Assembly: GCA_012295275.1 (NCBI GenBank)
Contig: CM022674.1
Location: forward strand, 2,418,001 to 2,482,000
Source: Chrysomallon squamiferum
Lineage: Eukaryota; Animalia; Mollusca
DNA length: 64,000 nt
Reading direction: 5' to 3'
Of the stretch, positions 47,611 to 61,020 are shown piece by piece. Every line of letters starts with the position of its first letter. Position 1 is the stretch's first letter. The notes under the pieces are model-generated. The model had not been told where the DNA came from. It worked only from the letters and a program-made list of their open reading frames with translations, and searched no databases. The position numbers were made by a program, and so were the translations under genes.

Positions 47611-47776
47611 AAATTTAGAGCGATAAAAGAGCTAGTTTAAACAAGCCGTCTGACAAAAAAAAAAATATATGACGTGAATTATAAAATGTTCTGTACAGGT
47701 ACTTCTAAATGTGACAACTAATTACGTGTGCTTTTTTATTTTGTGTGTTTGTGTGTGTGTGTGTGTGTGTTTGTGT

Positions 47777-47880
<104 letters not shown>

Positions 47881-48181
47881 TAGATAATTTATAAATTGTT
47901 TATACAAATTTTTATCTAATATACATGTATATAATAATCATACAAAAATCATCATGACTCAGGTAAAAGTCGGGTAGTTGTAGCTAAAGGGGGACAACAC
48001 AGAAGTTACTATCTTTTAACTATTACAGTAATCTCCCTTTGCTTGATCTCGACGTCTTTTTGTTTTACAGTGACTTTGCTAATTATTGGTTTCTTCGCAG
48101 AAAAAAATACACAATCATACACAGATACACAAGAACATCCACATACATGCACTCATACATTAAACTTACATGGATCATACA

Positions 48182-48386
<205 letters not shown>

Positions 48387-48514
48387 CTGAAGAACAACAC
48401 TCTATACAAGAATCCTAATGAACTTTCTCAAGTTAAGCTTAAGCAGTCCAAGTAATTTATAAGATCGTAATCAGGAATTTTTTTCCTACAGTTCTTGATT
48501 GCATGCCCTCAACC

Positions 48515-48555
48515 CTAAAACCGCACCACTATCTGAACGCCTCTGTGTGTAAGGA
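48515..48555 (-). CDS. Candidate terminal coding exon of the Ig-domain gene (VLTHRGVQIVVRF-stop)
   Basis: Acceptor TTTTATTGCAG after a 65-nt intron; the phase-1 join reads open to TAG at 48517-48515. Alternatives are read-through into the intron (GNGKERCFI-stop) or unseen distal exons. Confidence 0.45.
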
Positions 48556-48620
48556 CTGCAATAAAACTACAGATTTAAATGTGCAGACTTGTTAAATAAA
48601 ACATCTTTCCTTTCCATTAC

Positions 48621-48763
48621 CTGATAAGTAAATTCGTTTTGAAATTCTCTTCCAGCGGCCCTTGACCCAGCCTTTGCAGGTGTATTGTCCAACGTCGCTA
48701 CGACCAAAATTTCTTATGTAGAGTGTCTGCTGGCGTCTTCCAATGCTAGGAACAGACATTAGT
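48621..48763 (-). CDS. Secreted Ig-domain protein, coding exon 3 (C-terminal half of the Ig domain)
   Basis: Acceptor CTCTTTCAG, 143 nt, phase 2 to phase 1 (matches exon 2; the junction codon is AG|A = Arg), donor CAG|GTAATG. Encodes TLYIRNF and the canonical Ig DxGxYxC motif (DVGQYTC). Confidence 0.88.
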
Positions 48764-48902
48764 CTGAAAGAGAGACCAGAACAGAAAGAAACATTGAGGT
48801 AAGTGAAAGCTAAAAGTAAAACGAAAGGAAAGAACAAGGAAAGAACTACAACAACAACAACAACAACAACAACTACTACTACTACTAGTCCTACATTTCT
48901 GT

Positions 48903-49110
48903 TATTATCCAACGTACTATTTCTCCCAAAACTTCTTATGTAGAGTATCTGCTGGCGTCTTCAATGTAACAGACATTAGTCTGAAAACTAGAGACCAGAA
49001 CACTACGAAAGAAACATTGAGGTAAGTGAAAGCTAAAGGTAAAACGAAAGGAAAGAACAAGGAAAGAACTACAACAACAACAACAACAACAACTACTACT
49101 ACTACTACTA
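48903..49110 (-). pseudogene. Tandemly duplicated, frameshifted copy of the intron-2/exon-3 junction (pseudo-exon)
   Basis: Closely matches 48683-48887, including the intronic flank, the intact acceptor TTTCAG|ACTAATGTCTGTT and the 5' half of exon 3. Small deletions shift the frame to LMSVTLKTPADTLHKKFWEK-stop. Confidence 0.85.
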
Positions 49111-49495
49111 CCACTACTACTACTACTACTGCTACTACTACTACTACTACTACTACACTACTACTAGTACTACTACTACTATATACTGCTACTGTTACGA
49201 AAATGTATAGTGTTTAGTACAAGAAAACTTTCAAAACGGATACAGTGTTTAGAATAGATACCATATTTTAATCCAATAGGATTTATCCAGTTCCAGCCTT
49301 TACACAAGCTCATATTATTTCATATTCTGTAATATGTGCTCAATATTTGCCATGTATGTTGAAACTGAAATATAGTTTTTTGTTGATGGATTTAATCAAA
49401 AGGTTATCAAACATCCACTAGTTATGCAGCTGACAAGCAGCTTTATGGATATAGGTAAAAAAAATATATACTTAGTAAGTCTTTAAAACTCAAAC

Positions 49496-49685
49496 CTTCC
49501 GGGGAAAGGAAGAACCAGGTCACCGTTTGGCTGGAACCACTGCAGAGCCGGAGTATAGCCTCGTTCTTGACACGACCCATCACACACTAGGATTAGTGTT
49601 CTTCCGCGCCTCACTAGAACTACATCCGAACTCGAGTTGGTTTCTCTGTTAAACGCTACCAGTCTGTTACATGCGAGGCAGTTTG
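49496..49685 (-). CDS. Secreted Ig-domain protein, coding exon 2 (N-terminal half of the Ig domain)
   Basis: Acceptor TTTTACAG, 190 nt open, phase 1 to phase 2, donor AG|GTTTGA. Encodes the Ig B-strand Cys (GRTLILVC) and C-strand Trp (LQWFQPNG). Confidence 0.85.
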
Positions 49686-50159
49686 CTGTAAAATTATAAA
49701 TATCAGTGTGTATATATATGCCTGAACACACATATGTGTGTGTTAAGTTTGCGTGTTTGTGTATTTATGTGTCGTGTAGGGGTACTTTTGTGTCTGTCTG
49801 AGTCTGTGTGAGTTTGCGTGTTTGTGTGTATTTATGTGTCTGTGTAGGGGTACATGTTTGTGTGTTTGCCTTTATGAGTCTGAGTGTATGCAATTGTGTG
49901 TGTGTGTGTGTGTATATGTGTGTGGCTTGTGTGTATATGTGTGTGGTTTGTGTGTATATGTGTGTAACGTGTCTCTGTGGTGTGTGTTTGAGTGCAGGTG
50001 TGTTTGTGTGTGTGTGTGTGTGTTAAAGAGCACAATTCAAAAATGAAATTATGATGAATTTTTGCACGTGACATGAATATCAACATTTATCCTTGTTTCG
50101 TCTAAGCACATGAAACATCTTCATTACGACAAATAATAGTATAATAGTAAAAGAATGAC

Positions 50160-50212
<53 letters not shown>

Positions 50213-50431
50213 TGGTATAAATCATAATTTTTTTTTTTTTTTAAACGTTGGTGTTAGTATTGGTACTGATACTAAAGTATAAATAATTAAGTTAATTCAT
50301 TATATATTACATACTGTTTATATCAGTGACATAATTATGCAAAAAACGAAAGCGCAAAGAGAGCGATACAACAATAACGACAACGACAACAGCAACAATA
50401 TTAAAAATAAATAATAACAACAACAATAACA

Positions 50432-50492
<61 letters not shown>

Positions 50493-50523
50493 TAAACAGT
50501 AATAATAATAATAAACAACATAC

Positions 50524-50578
50524 TAAAGAAGAAAATAAATATTCCAAACCAGCATAACAAATGCCTGCCGTACACCAT
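50524..50578 (-). CDS. Secreted Ig-domain protein, coding exon 1 (signal peptide)
   Basis: Strong Kozak context GCC-ATG-G. Encodes MVYGRHLLCWFGIFIFFF and ends at a phase-1 donor A|GTATGT. Splicing to the next exon gives ...FFFTNCLA, a credible signal peptide. Confidence 0.75.
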
Positions 50579-50790
50579 GGCTCCCAAGTTTTTTCGCAGT
50601 GCATTATGGATCCGGAAGTGGTTGCATCCGATTGTTGGTGCATCTTAAGTGTAAGCTTTAGAACAGCACGTTTCCTTCATGTTCAGGCTCGGATCTGAAA
50701 TCTCTTACTAGTGGGGTGGGGTAGGGTGTCTGCTTTTTCTCTCTAGCATGATAATTAAAATAAAATAAAATTAGATTAAGATGATGACGT

Positions 50791-50821
<31 letters not shown>

Positions 50822-51226
50822 TTTTTTTATAACGTGTGGTTAAATTTAAGCGAAGTTGTAGATACATAGAAACCGTTTCTTGGTTTTTTTGGATTCCTTT
50901 TTTCAGTCGAATGAAGAGAAATGTGTCGAGATCGTGTTTTTAGGACGGCATACTTTGACCTCCAGAGATTTAGTTTAGCTTCAGTCTTCGTTCACACAGC
51001 CAATCGTAGCTTTCCAAAGTTTCTGTCGTGCATTGTTAGAAACGGAAATTTTTAAATATCTGCAAAAGTGGTCTTGGTAAGTTATCTGGCTTTAGTAAGT
51101 TTATCTAACTGAATGTTAATACGACAAGTACGAAAAAAAATTAAAAATAAGGACTGACAGACGTTTAGACAGACTGACAGTCCTATATATAGACGGATGA
51201 ATAAAAAGATTCCAAGAGAGAGAGAT

Positions 51227-51338
<112 letters not shown>

Positions 51339-52138
51339 AGAGACAGAGAAACAGAGAGAGAGAGAGATACATACAAACACAAGCAACTTCAGGAGAAAGC
51401 ATGTAAAAATTATAAATTTTCAAAATAGTAATGAAAGGGAAGATGAAGAAGAAAAAAACGCCTGCATAAAAGCAGTTTTAATCGCAAACCTTCTTCATTT
51501 CGATGAACTCGGCTTGTTAATTCGCTCAATAGCAGTCTCATTTCACTTTACTTTTGATTTTTAATTTTGTATAGCTTGCCTGGCTCTGTAAAACTAATTT
51601 GATATCCAGGACAAATGTTTCTTATTGATTTTTTTTCCATTTTTTTTCTCCATTTCTTACGGGTTTTTTTTTTTTTTTTTTTAAATAACGGAAATGAAAA
51701 TTATTCGGTTCCGAAATGTAATTACAAATGTCTTATTTATTTATTTCTATCATTTATTTTTATTTTTAATTTTTTTATTTAATTTTTAAAATGTTTCATT
51801 TATTTTTTTATTGTTTTTCTGGAGTTTTTTTTTTTTTTTTTTTTCAACTAGCAATTACCGATATCCTGGTTTTCCCAGTTCAAGCAATTCGGAAATCCTC
51901 GGCAATCCTCGGAAGTGCTCGTCTTAAGGTGAATTTGTGCGGAATGAACTGTTAAGGACATGGTCAAAGGATTTAACTTAATGACATCTGAAATCTGAAG
52001 GAGGCGAATGTGGTTTTGACCGGATTGTCCTATTAAACGTGAAATGTCTTTAAATTTATTCCTCTGAATAAAATGTTCAAGAATTCTGTAAGAAAAAGAA
52101 AGAAATGTGATCGCAATTTTAATTTAGAAGAAGTATAA

Positions 52139-52209
<71 letters not shown>

Positions 52210-53259
52210 GTAACAATAATAATAATAATAACAATAATAATAATAATAATTATGATAACAACAACAATAATCATTAATAATACAATGATTATATTATGAT
52301 ACAATACTACCACTACAACTATTATAATGACTAATACTACCACAACAACACCTACAACTACAACTACGACGACTGTTACAATTACAACTGCTCCTCTTAC
52401 TGTTACTACTTCATCAACAATAACAACAACAGCAAACAACAACTTCAACGACAACAGTAATAATTATTATATTAAATATAATAACGATTTTTGCTGCTGA
52501 CATTACTGCTGTTACCACTACTACTGCTATGGCTACAACTACAACTACCACATCTAATGTTATTGCAGTCATTATTATTCATTCATAAAAAGAAATAATG
52601 AACAGGAAACGGACAAATATATACAGAAAAAAAGAATGAGAATAAAGGAAAAGAGAAAGAAAGAAAGAAGGAAAGAAAGGAAGAAAGAAAGGAAGGAAGG
52701 AAGGAAGAAAGGAAGGAAGAAAGAAAGAACGAAACCAAATTATAAGAATTAAAAAAAAAAAATTAGAGAGAAAAAATATGAAACTGAAATGACAGAAAAA
52801 TTGTTGAAAAAGAAACCGAATGAAAGAAAGAAAGAAAAAGGAAAGAAATCACGAAAGAAAGAAAGAAAGAAATCAAGAAATCAAGAAAGAAATCAAGAAA
52901 TAAATCAAGAAATAAAGAAAGAAAGAAAGAAAAAATAGGAAAAGAAACTGATAAGATATGAAGTAAGCACATCATTCATCTATAATTGATTAATTTCATG
53001 CAAAATAAAAGCTTTCCTCTGTTCCATATTTATCGATTGTCAGACTCATCAAAAATTGACGAATATTCCCAGAGGCGAATTTTCGTGGTTATAAGCAAAT
53101 TATTTAACCCAATAGGAATCACTTACGTACACAAAAGAAGGAACGGCCAACGAACTCAAACTAAATATTAAATCTGTGCGATTTGTTACTATGTAACAGG
53201 ATTTGAAACGGGTTGTAACAATGTGGAGAGATTTATTTTTGATTGAAAAAAAAGATGTA

Positions 53260-53660
53260 ATAGTACTAGTAGTAGTAGTAGTAGTAGTAGTAGTAGCAGA
53301 AATAGTACTACTACTGTTACTACTATTTCTTTTACCACCATTACTACTGTTACTACTACTACTACTACAACTACTCCTATTACTACTACTACTACTACAA
53401 CTACTACTACTACTACAACAACTACTACTACTACTACTACTACTACTATTACTATTATTATTATTACTACTACTACAACTGCTACTACTACAACAACTAC
53501 TACAACTACTACTACTACTACAACTACTACTACAACTATTACTACTACTAATACAACTACTACTATTGCTACTACTACTACAACTATTACTACTACTACT
53601 ACAACAACTACTACAACTACTACTAAAACTACAACTACTGCTACTTCTACTACTAATGTT
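53260..53660. repeat. Degenerate (CTA/TAG)n microsatellite
   Basis: Seen directly. Confidence 0.93.
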
Positions 53661-54778
53661 GCAGCTGCTAAAACTACCATTCTGAAATCAAAGCAACAAT
53701 GCTGGAGTTTATTTATGTAAAGTTATCACTAAAATTAACTCTGAAACGAGACCTTCCGTTTCCTGGACTCGTCACAATATGGCCCCGCACTTCCGAATCT
53801 CATTAGCTTTGTTAACTGAGCTAATATTGCACAAATATGAGACAGAACTATGAATAGATGATGTAGCACGTTCAGAAGGAAATTGTCTTTGATTGCTTTC
53901 AATTCACGAGGCTAAATCCCAAAAACAGCTGTTGTACCGTAATTCCCTCGATAGATGCCCATTTGATGAATTTTATTAATGTATTTTTATATTTATTTAT
54001 TTATTTATTATTATTATTATTGTTATTATTATTATTATTATTATTACCGTATGTGTGAGTTTATATGTATATGTGTGTGTGTGTGTGTGTGTGTGGGTGC
54101 GTGTGCGTGTGTAAATAATAAGACATGTAGATAAACAGGTTGATAGATACATAGAGATAGATAGAGAGGCAGACAGACAGACAAAGAGACAGATGGACAT
54201 ATAGATAGACAGATAGATAGATAGATAGATAGATAGACAGGCAGACAGACTGACAGACATAGAGATAGATAGATAGATAGACAGACAGAAAGACAGACAG
54301 ACAGACACACAGACACATATAGATAGATAGATATATAGATAGATAGACAGAAAGACAGACAGACAGATATATATATTTAGATAGATAGACAGACAAAGAG
54401 ATAAAAAGACAGACAGACAGAACAGCTCATGCAGAAAGCCCAGTCTGAGGCGTACTGCATTCTGGACCAGCTTACACAATCTGGTGACGTCACCGACATG
54501 ATAATTCCCTCTCAGAGCGAGGCCGGTGTTACAGTTCAAAGGAGACGTGTGATAAAAAAAAACCCCAAAAAACATTTACGGTAATTTATATTAATAAGCT
54601 TTTCCATTGCGTTCGTCATCTCACTCGCTTTAAGAGTATTAGTTTATATTTGGAAGCGGATTATACGAGGAAAGTTAATCGTAATTGCGTAGAAAAAGGG
54701 AGTAGCTCTATCTTGTTTTTTTCGTGAGGGAACAACGTTCAGGTAAAGTTCAGTCCAGTTCATTCGAATTGGTTCTGG

Positions 54779-54898
<120 letters not shown>

Positions 54899-54926
54899 CG
54901 CCATCCCCTCTCTCTCCTCCCTCTCT

Positions 54927-55049
<123 letters not shown>

Positions 55050-55529
55050 CTCTCTTATGATATGCTTGTGTTGCAGATGGCATGTGTATGTGTGTGTCTG
55101 TGTATACGCATCTATACAACTACGACTATTATTTCGACCATTACTATTACTACTACTCCTACAACTACCACTCCAACTGTTACTACTATTAACATCAACA
55201 ACAACAACAATAAATATTTTAATACCAAAACTACTTTAACTTCTAAAATAATTGTTAATATGAACTTGTGGGTGTATGTGTGTGTGTGTGTGTTTATTTA
55301 GCATGGATCATCGTCCTTAACTACTACATGATTAATTATTTTAAGAATGGCACATGTGAGCTTCGTTTTCTGTGATTACTAAAATTACCTGGGTATGTCG
55401 TACGTATTTAACCCTAATTATACGCTAGCAGACGATATGTCTTCCAGAACAGTACAATCTACTTCAGTGGGATTTAAATAATAATAATATAAAATAATAA
55501 CAGACACAGAGAGAGACAGACAGACAGAC

Positions 55530-55653
<124 letters not shown>

Positions 55654-56537
55654 CTTACTTCAGCTGTTTTAAATAACAATAACAGAAACAAACAGAAACA
55701 GAAAGAATATAGCTCAAAGGGTTATCAAAAATAATAATTCAGTTACAAGCTGAATCACAAGACATTTTTTTTCCTTTTCTTTTTCTCTCTCACGAAACAA
55801 TTATCAAATGAAAATTGAGAAAGAGAAGAAAAAAAAAAAAAACAAGATAAAAAATAAGAAACTATTGATTTAAGTAAAAGAAAAATATAATTACATCTTC
55901 TGCTGATAATTACTGTGAATATGTTTGCCTGCCTGACTGCTTGTTTTACGTGATAATTGAGAATCATTATAGGATTAGAAATAGAAAAAAAAAATGTGCT
56001 TACAGACCAATTATCGAATATTAATAATGAAAGGAAAATCGTTAGAACGGTTCAGAACTGCATGAACTCAGGTGAGGTAACGCTTATGAGAAAGTAGTAA
56101 TATTTATTTATTTATTATTATAATTTTTTAATTTTATTTATTTATTTATTTTTTTTTTATTTTTTTTTTTTTTTCTCAGTAATCTTAATATGATCTGGTG
56201 TAAAGAATTCATTCGTTCATTTATTCATTCACTAAGTCTTCGGTTTTACTGATTAATTTATTCACTCATTAATACAGTCTTATTTTTAACAAAGAAACAA
56301 ATAATTAAATAAATAAATAAAAAAAATGAAAGATGAAATCATCATAAGCAATAAAAAATCATCTCTATTAATTAATTAATTAATTCATTCATTTATTTAT
56401 TCATTTATTTATTTATTAGTTTTATTATCATCATCATCATCATCATCATTAAGGTTGTTGTTGTTGTTGTTCTTCTTCTTCTTCTTCTTCTTCTTCTTCT
56501 TCTTCTTCTTCTTCTTCTTCTTCTTCTTCTTCTTCTT

Positions 56538-56568
<31 letters not shown>

Positions 56569-57119
56569 TTATTATTATTATTATTAGTGTCAACGTTGTT
56601 GCATTTATTTATTTATTTCTTGTCATCTGTAACAAATATCCAGTATAAAACAAAAACAAGCAACAACAACGACAGCCTTACTCAAATATCGGTCCACACC
56701 GATCCCAATCTTAACCCAAAACTGCATCCCTCAAACAAAACTAAGTCAAAACCAAAACCTGTCACGTTTTCTAAGCAGCTCTCAGGAATAGTTCTCCGAA
56801 TAAACCGGCTCGATTCCTTGTTCCTAATCCTCACTGAAGCTGCAGTCTTATTCTTAACCAAAATCTATCACCGCTGTCGTTCTTCCGCCTGTCTGCCTTC
56901 TCCCCCTCCCTCTCCTCTGAATCTGCAAAAACTGAAGACAGGTAAGCCTTGTCGATTGCTAATTGGATAAGTAAGAGAGAAGTGTCATCGACTTGCCGTC
57001 GTGAAAACAGGTAAAGCCGATGTCAGTGTAGCCCAGATTTTTTTTTTATATTTGTGACTGCAAATCTGACGTTCTTTTTCGCAGAGTGAAAGCGCTTAAA
57101 TTAGATTATTAATTTTTTT

Positions 57120-57158
<39 letters not shown>

Positions 57159-57418
57159 CAGCGTGATGATTTGTATATTCCATTTATAGTATTCTGTTTT
57201 TAAAAATGGAAAGAAAATTTTTATCGATTTTTTTCTCTCACATCTAATTGGTAAATTTTTTTTTTTTTTTATTTTTTTATTTTTTTATTTGTTTTATTTT
57301 ATGTTTTTATTTTACTTCTTTGGATTTTTCTTTTCATTTTTTAGCTTATATTTCCATTTGTCAAATTTATATCTTGATTTGTATTTTATATTTTTTAAAA
57401 TGTATTACAACTCATTAT

Positions 57419-57510
57419 TATTTTTTAAAATATAGCACAAATATAGCACAAATATATATATATATATATATATATATTTGTGCTATATTTGTGCAATATT
57501 TAAAAAAATA
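57419..57510. repeat. 92-bp AT-rich near-perfect palindrome centred on (AT)n
   Basis: 46-bp arms with 2 mismatches and no spacer. Each arm contains a tandem pair of the 11-mer ATATAGCACAA or its complement. Confidence 0.92.
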
Positions 57511-57523
57511 AAAATATAAATAA

Positions 57524-57639
<116 letters not shown>

Positions 57640-57844
57640 ATACAGTTATCTGGAAAGCTTGGGATCGATTTCTGGATTTTCGTATTTGCATCATGACATT
57701 TTGGCTTAATTACACAACACTTAAAACATACAGCAAACAGTGATAACAACAGAATGATGTTAGATTTAACAAAAACGAATAAATACATTTTATAAGGCCA
57801 GTTTTCTGCAGACCTGATAAATGGTGATATACCTATATTAGATG

Positions 57845-57878
<34 letters not shown>

Positions 57879-58747
57879 ATGACGGAATTAATTTCAAAAA
57901 AGAAGAAGAAATATCAATACATTATTAACAATTGATATGTATATTTTTTTTCTTCTTCTTCTTCTTCTTCTTTTTCTTTCTTTAAAATTTTATTAATAAC
58001 ATCTCTGGAAATTAGCCCCCGTGGTTTACGGGAAAAGATCAATTTCGATTTTCCGGTTTATTGCGTTTGTTTCATTACGCGATTTTGCGGTTCTTGCCGA
58101 TAACTCGCATCATCTCGCAGCTCGAAGAAAAAGAAGAAGAAAAAGAAGAAGAAGAAGAAGAAGAAGATGCCGCCTAACGATCAAAGTAAACGGACTGTGT
58201 TAGCGAATTTTCTCGTCGTACAACCAGCTTCGGATCAACACCGCTCCTTAAAAAAAAAAAAATGTCCGCTATGGTCCGTTTATGTCGTCTTATAAAAGAA
58301 ATCTCGCTCTAATGTCTTCTGTATCGCGCCACCTGGTTCAACCGATGCGATAGCGTGCAATGTTTATTTTAAGTGACACAAACTGACGTCATTTTTTTTT
58401 TCGCTGCAGAAAGTGGGTAAAAATGGGCCGTGTCTTTTCTTGTATGTCTTAAGGGACGACGAAGCGACATCTAGATTCGGTAATGATGATTGTCATCATT
58501 ACCGCTGTGGGAATGAATGACCGTAATGGGGAGAGGGGGTGATTAAGTGAGGGGGTGGCGAAGGCTTTTTCTAAGTTGGAGGCAAACATGTAGATGTGAT
58601 TTATTTATCAGCTGCTGAAAGTGTAATTACAGAAATCACACGGCCAGTTTGCTTCCCACGCTCCATCATCATCTCTCTAGCTGTGCGGGAGGCGAAGGAT
58701 GTAATAAACACCTACCAGTTTAACTTCACCTATCATAAGTCCTCCGC

Positions 58748-58843
<96 letters not shown>

Positions 58844-59010
58844 CTGTATTTTAGACAACGTAAAAAAAGAAAAAAAAAAAATAAGAAGTTAGAAAATACA
58901 AATAGATTTAGAATAAATCGGTCCGCCCAGTAATGATGACGTCACGATGAGTTCAGAGAAATTTAAACTACGCTTTATTGTTATACTTTATTATTAATAA
59001 AGACTGGGCA

Positions 59011-59047
<37 letters not shown>

Positions 59048-59886
59048 TAACAACAACAACAAATATCCCATTACTGTTACTACTACTACTACAACCAGTA
59101 ATAACAATAACAATAACAGCATTAATAAAAATGAGAATAGTACATGCATACATTCACGTAAACATGTATACACATACGCTCATACGCTCAGACACACGCG
59201 CTCACACACACGCATACACACACGCGCACACACACACACACACAAAGACACAAACGTAAATCCTAAAAGGAAATTGGCGCGACACACTTAGACCACTTGA
59301 TCGTAACAGCAAAGTTACACCTCGAAACGACACACTTCGAGTGAGACACTCTCAGTCAGCGAGCTAGCTGGCTAGCTGGCTTCTATTTCCAGCCCGTTTC
59401 CATTTGCGCGTTCTCATCGAAATTAAGTCGGGTCTTTAAACTGTGTAAACTCGGCCTCATCACGTCGCACCATTAAGGACTAAAGCTCCGCGTCAAACGA
59501 ATCGTAAGAAATGGGTAACAGCGTGGAAAAAGTGCCGCATCGCGCTGCACCAGTTTCACGAGCTGCAATTTACATAGCCGGCCCGTTTTTGTTGAAGCAC
59601 TTAAGACCCGTTCGTAAGGCGAACGCAAATTGAGGACAATGATTTGCCATTTTATTAAGCATTTGGATTCCGCTTAAGAAGGCCCGTGGTATTCGTGTCG
59701 TCTTGGCCTATGCATAACAATTGAAGAGATCCTGAAAAAGAGGAAAAAATAAGATCAATAAAGAAATTATTATTTTTTTTTTTTTTTGTAATGCGAGTTT
59801 TATACTTTATTTTAGTTTTATTGCAGTTTAGTTTAGTTTATTTGATTTGATTTGATTTGATTTGATTTGATATTACTTTATTTATT

Positions 59887-59924
<38 letters not shown>

Positions 59925-60024
59925 CATAAAACTATTTTAATTGATGAAAAAGAAAATGAAATTATAATCTGAAAACGTTTAACTTCTTTATCTCTTTGTT
60001 TTACTCTTTTCTCTTTTCAACTTC

Positions 60025-60080
<56 letters not shown>

Positions 60081-60084
60081 GTAA

Positions 60085-60118
<34 letters not shown>

Positions 60119-60445
60119 TGTAATTTCATTTAATTTAATTTAATTTTATTTTAGATTACTTCATTTTTACTTTACTTTATTTCGTTTACTTAAAAACCCC
60201 AGAGTTCATTCAGTTGTCTTCACTTTAACAGCAATGTATTTATTTTTATATGCACCTTGCCGTAAACAGGATCATGTGTAGAACATGCTTTGACGAACCA
60301 GCTCAGTGCTACTGTACTAAAAACAAAATGAGTTCGGCGAGCAGGACTGATCCACACTCTTTCTGTACCGGGTAGCGAACTTGACGAAATGTTAAACACA
60401 TTCATGTAAACAGATGTAAGTAAAATTTCACTTTTATAAACTTAC

Positions 60446-61020
60446 TATTGGGTGTTCCAGAATTTTGTTTTGTTTTGTTTTAGCATTTTTGAAGGATGGA
60501 AACGAAACAAATTAAATGTATTCACAGTAGTACGATAAACTGTATTCACCAAGATACACTCCATTTTGTTTTTATCGATGACTTTCGTTCATTTATTCGG
60601 CAGCTTCCAAAATTTCATCCGTATAAAACCAGGCTGTCTGATAGAATTTATCCAAGAGGTTTTTGAGTGCATCTGAAACAATAAATGGACGAAACGTCAC
60701 AGCAGAAAATGTATGCGAGATTCGCTAAGTCTTGTAACTTCCAAGAGCTTCCTAGTCGTGATTTTTGTGGACTGACTTCAGCGTTTAGCTTCAGAAGATT
60801 ATCGTCCAGTTCTGGAGACCTTTCAGATTGCTTGCATCTTCTTCCAAGCTCAATTCGCCCTCCTCGTTTTAATTTTGCAAACCATCGCTGAACAACTGAT
60901 TCATCCTACAGCACTTTCGTCGTCCAATTTTACAAATGGTTTTACACGTCTCTGCCCCATCTGAACCCCGTTTAAAAAGAACATCACAAAGTGCCGAAAA
61001 CGTAATTTTTTGGTTCTTAA
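60446..61020 (-). mobile_element. Degenerate, internally deleted Tc1/mariner (mariner-type) transposon
   Basis: Minus-strand frameshifted peptides match the mariner transposase N-terminal HTH region (FRHFVMF, FKRGSDGAETCKTIC, VVQRWFAKLKRG, SLEED, RSPELDDNLLK, TTRKL) and the extreme C-terminus (DALKNLLDKF, FYTDEI, KLPNK*TKVID). The catalytic core is missing. TA-TTGGGTGTTCCAGAA at 60446 resembles a TA target site plus TIR start; the opposite TIR could not be identified. Confidence 0.8.
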
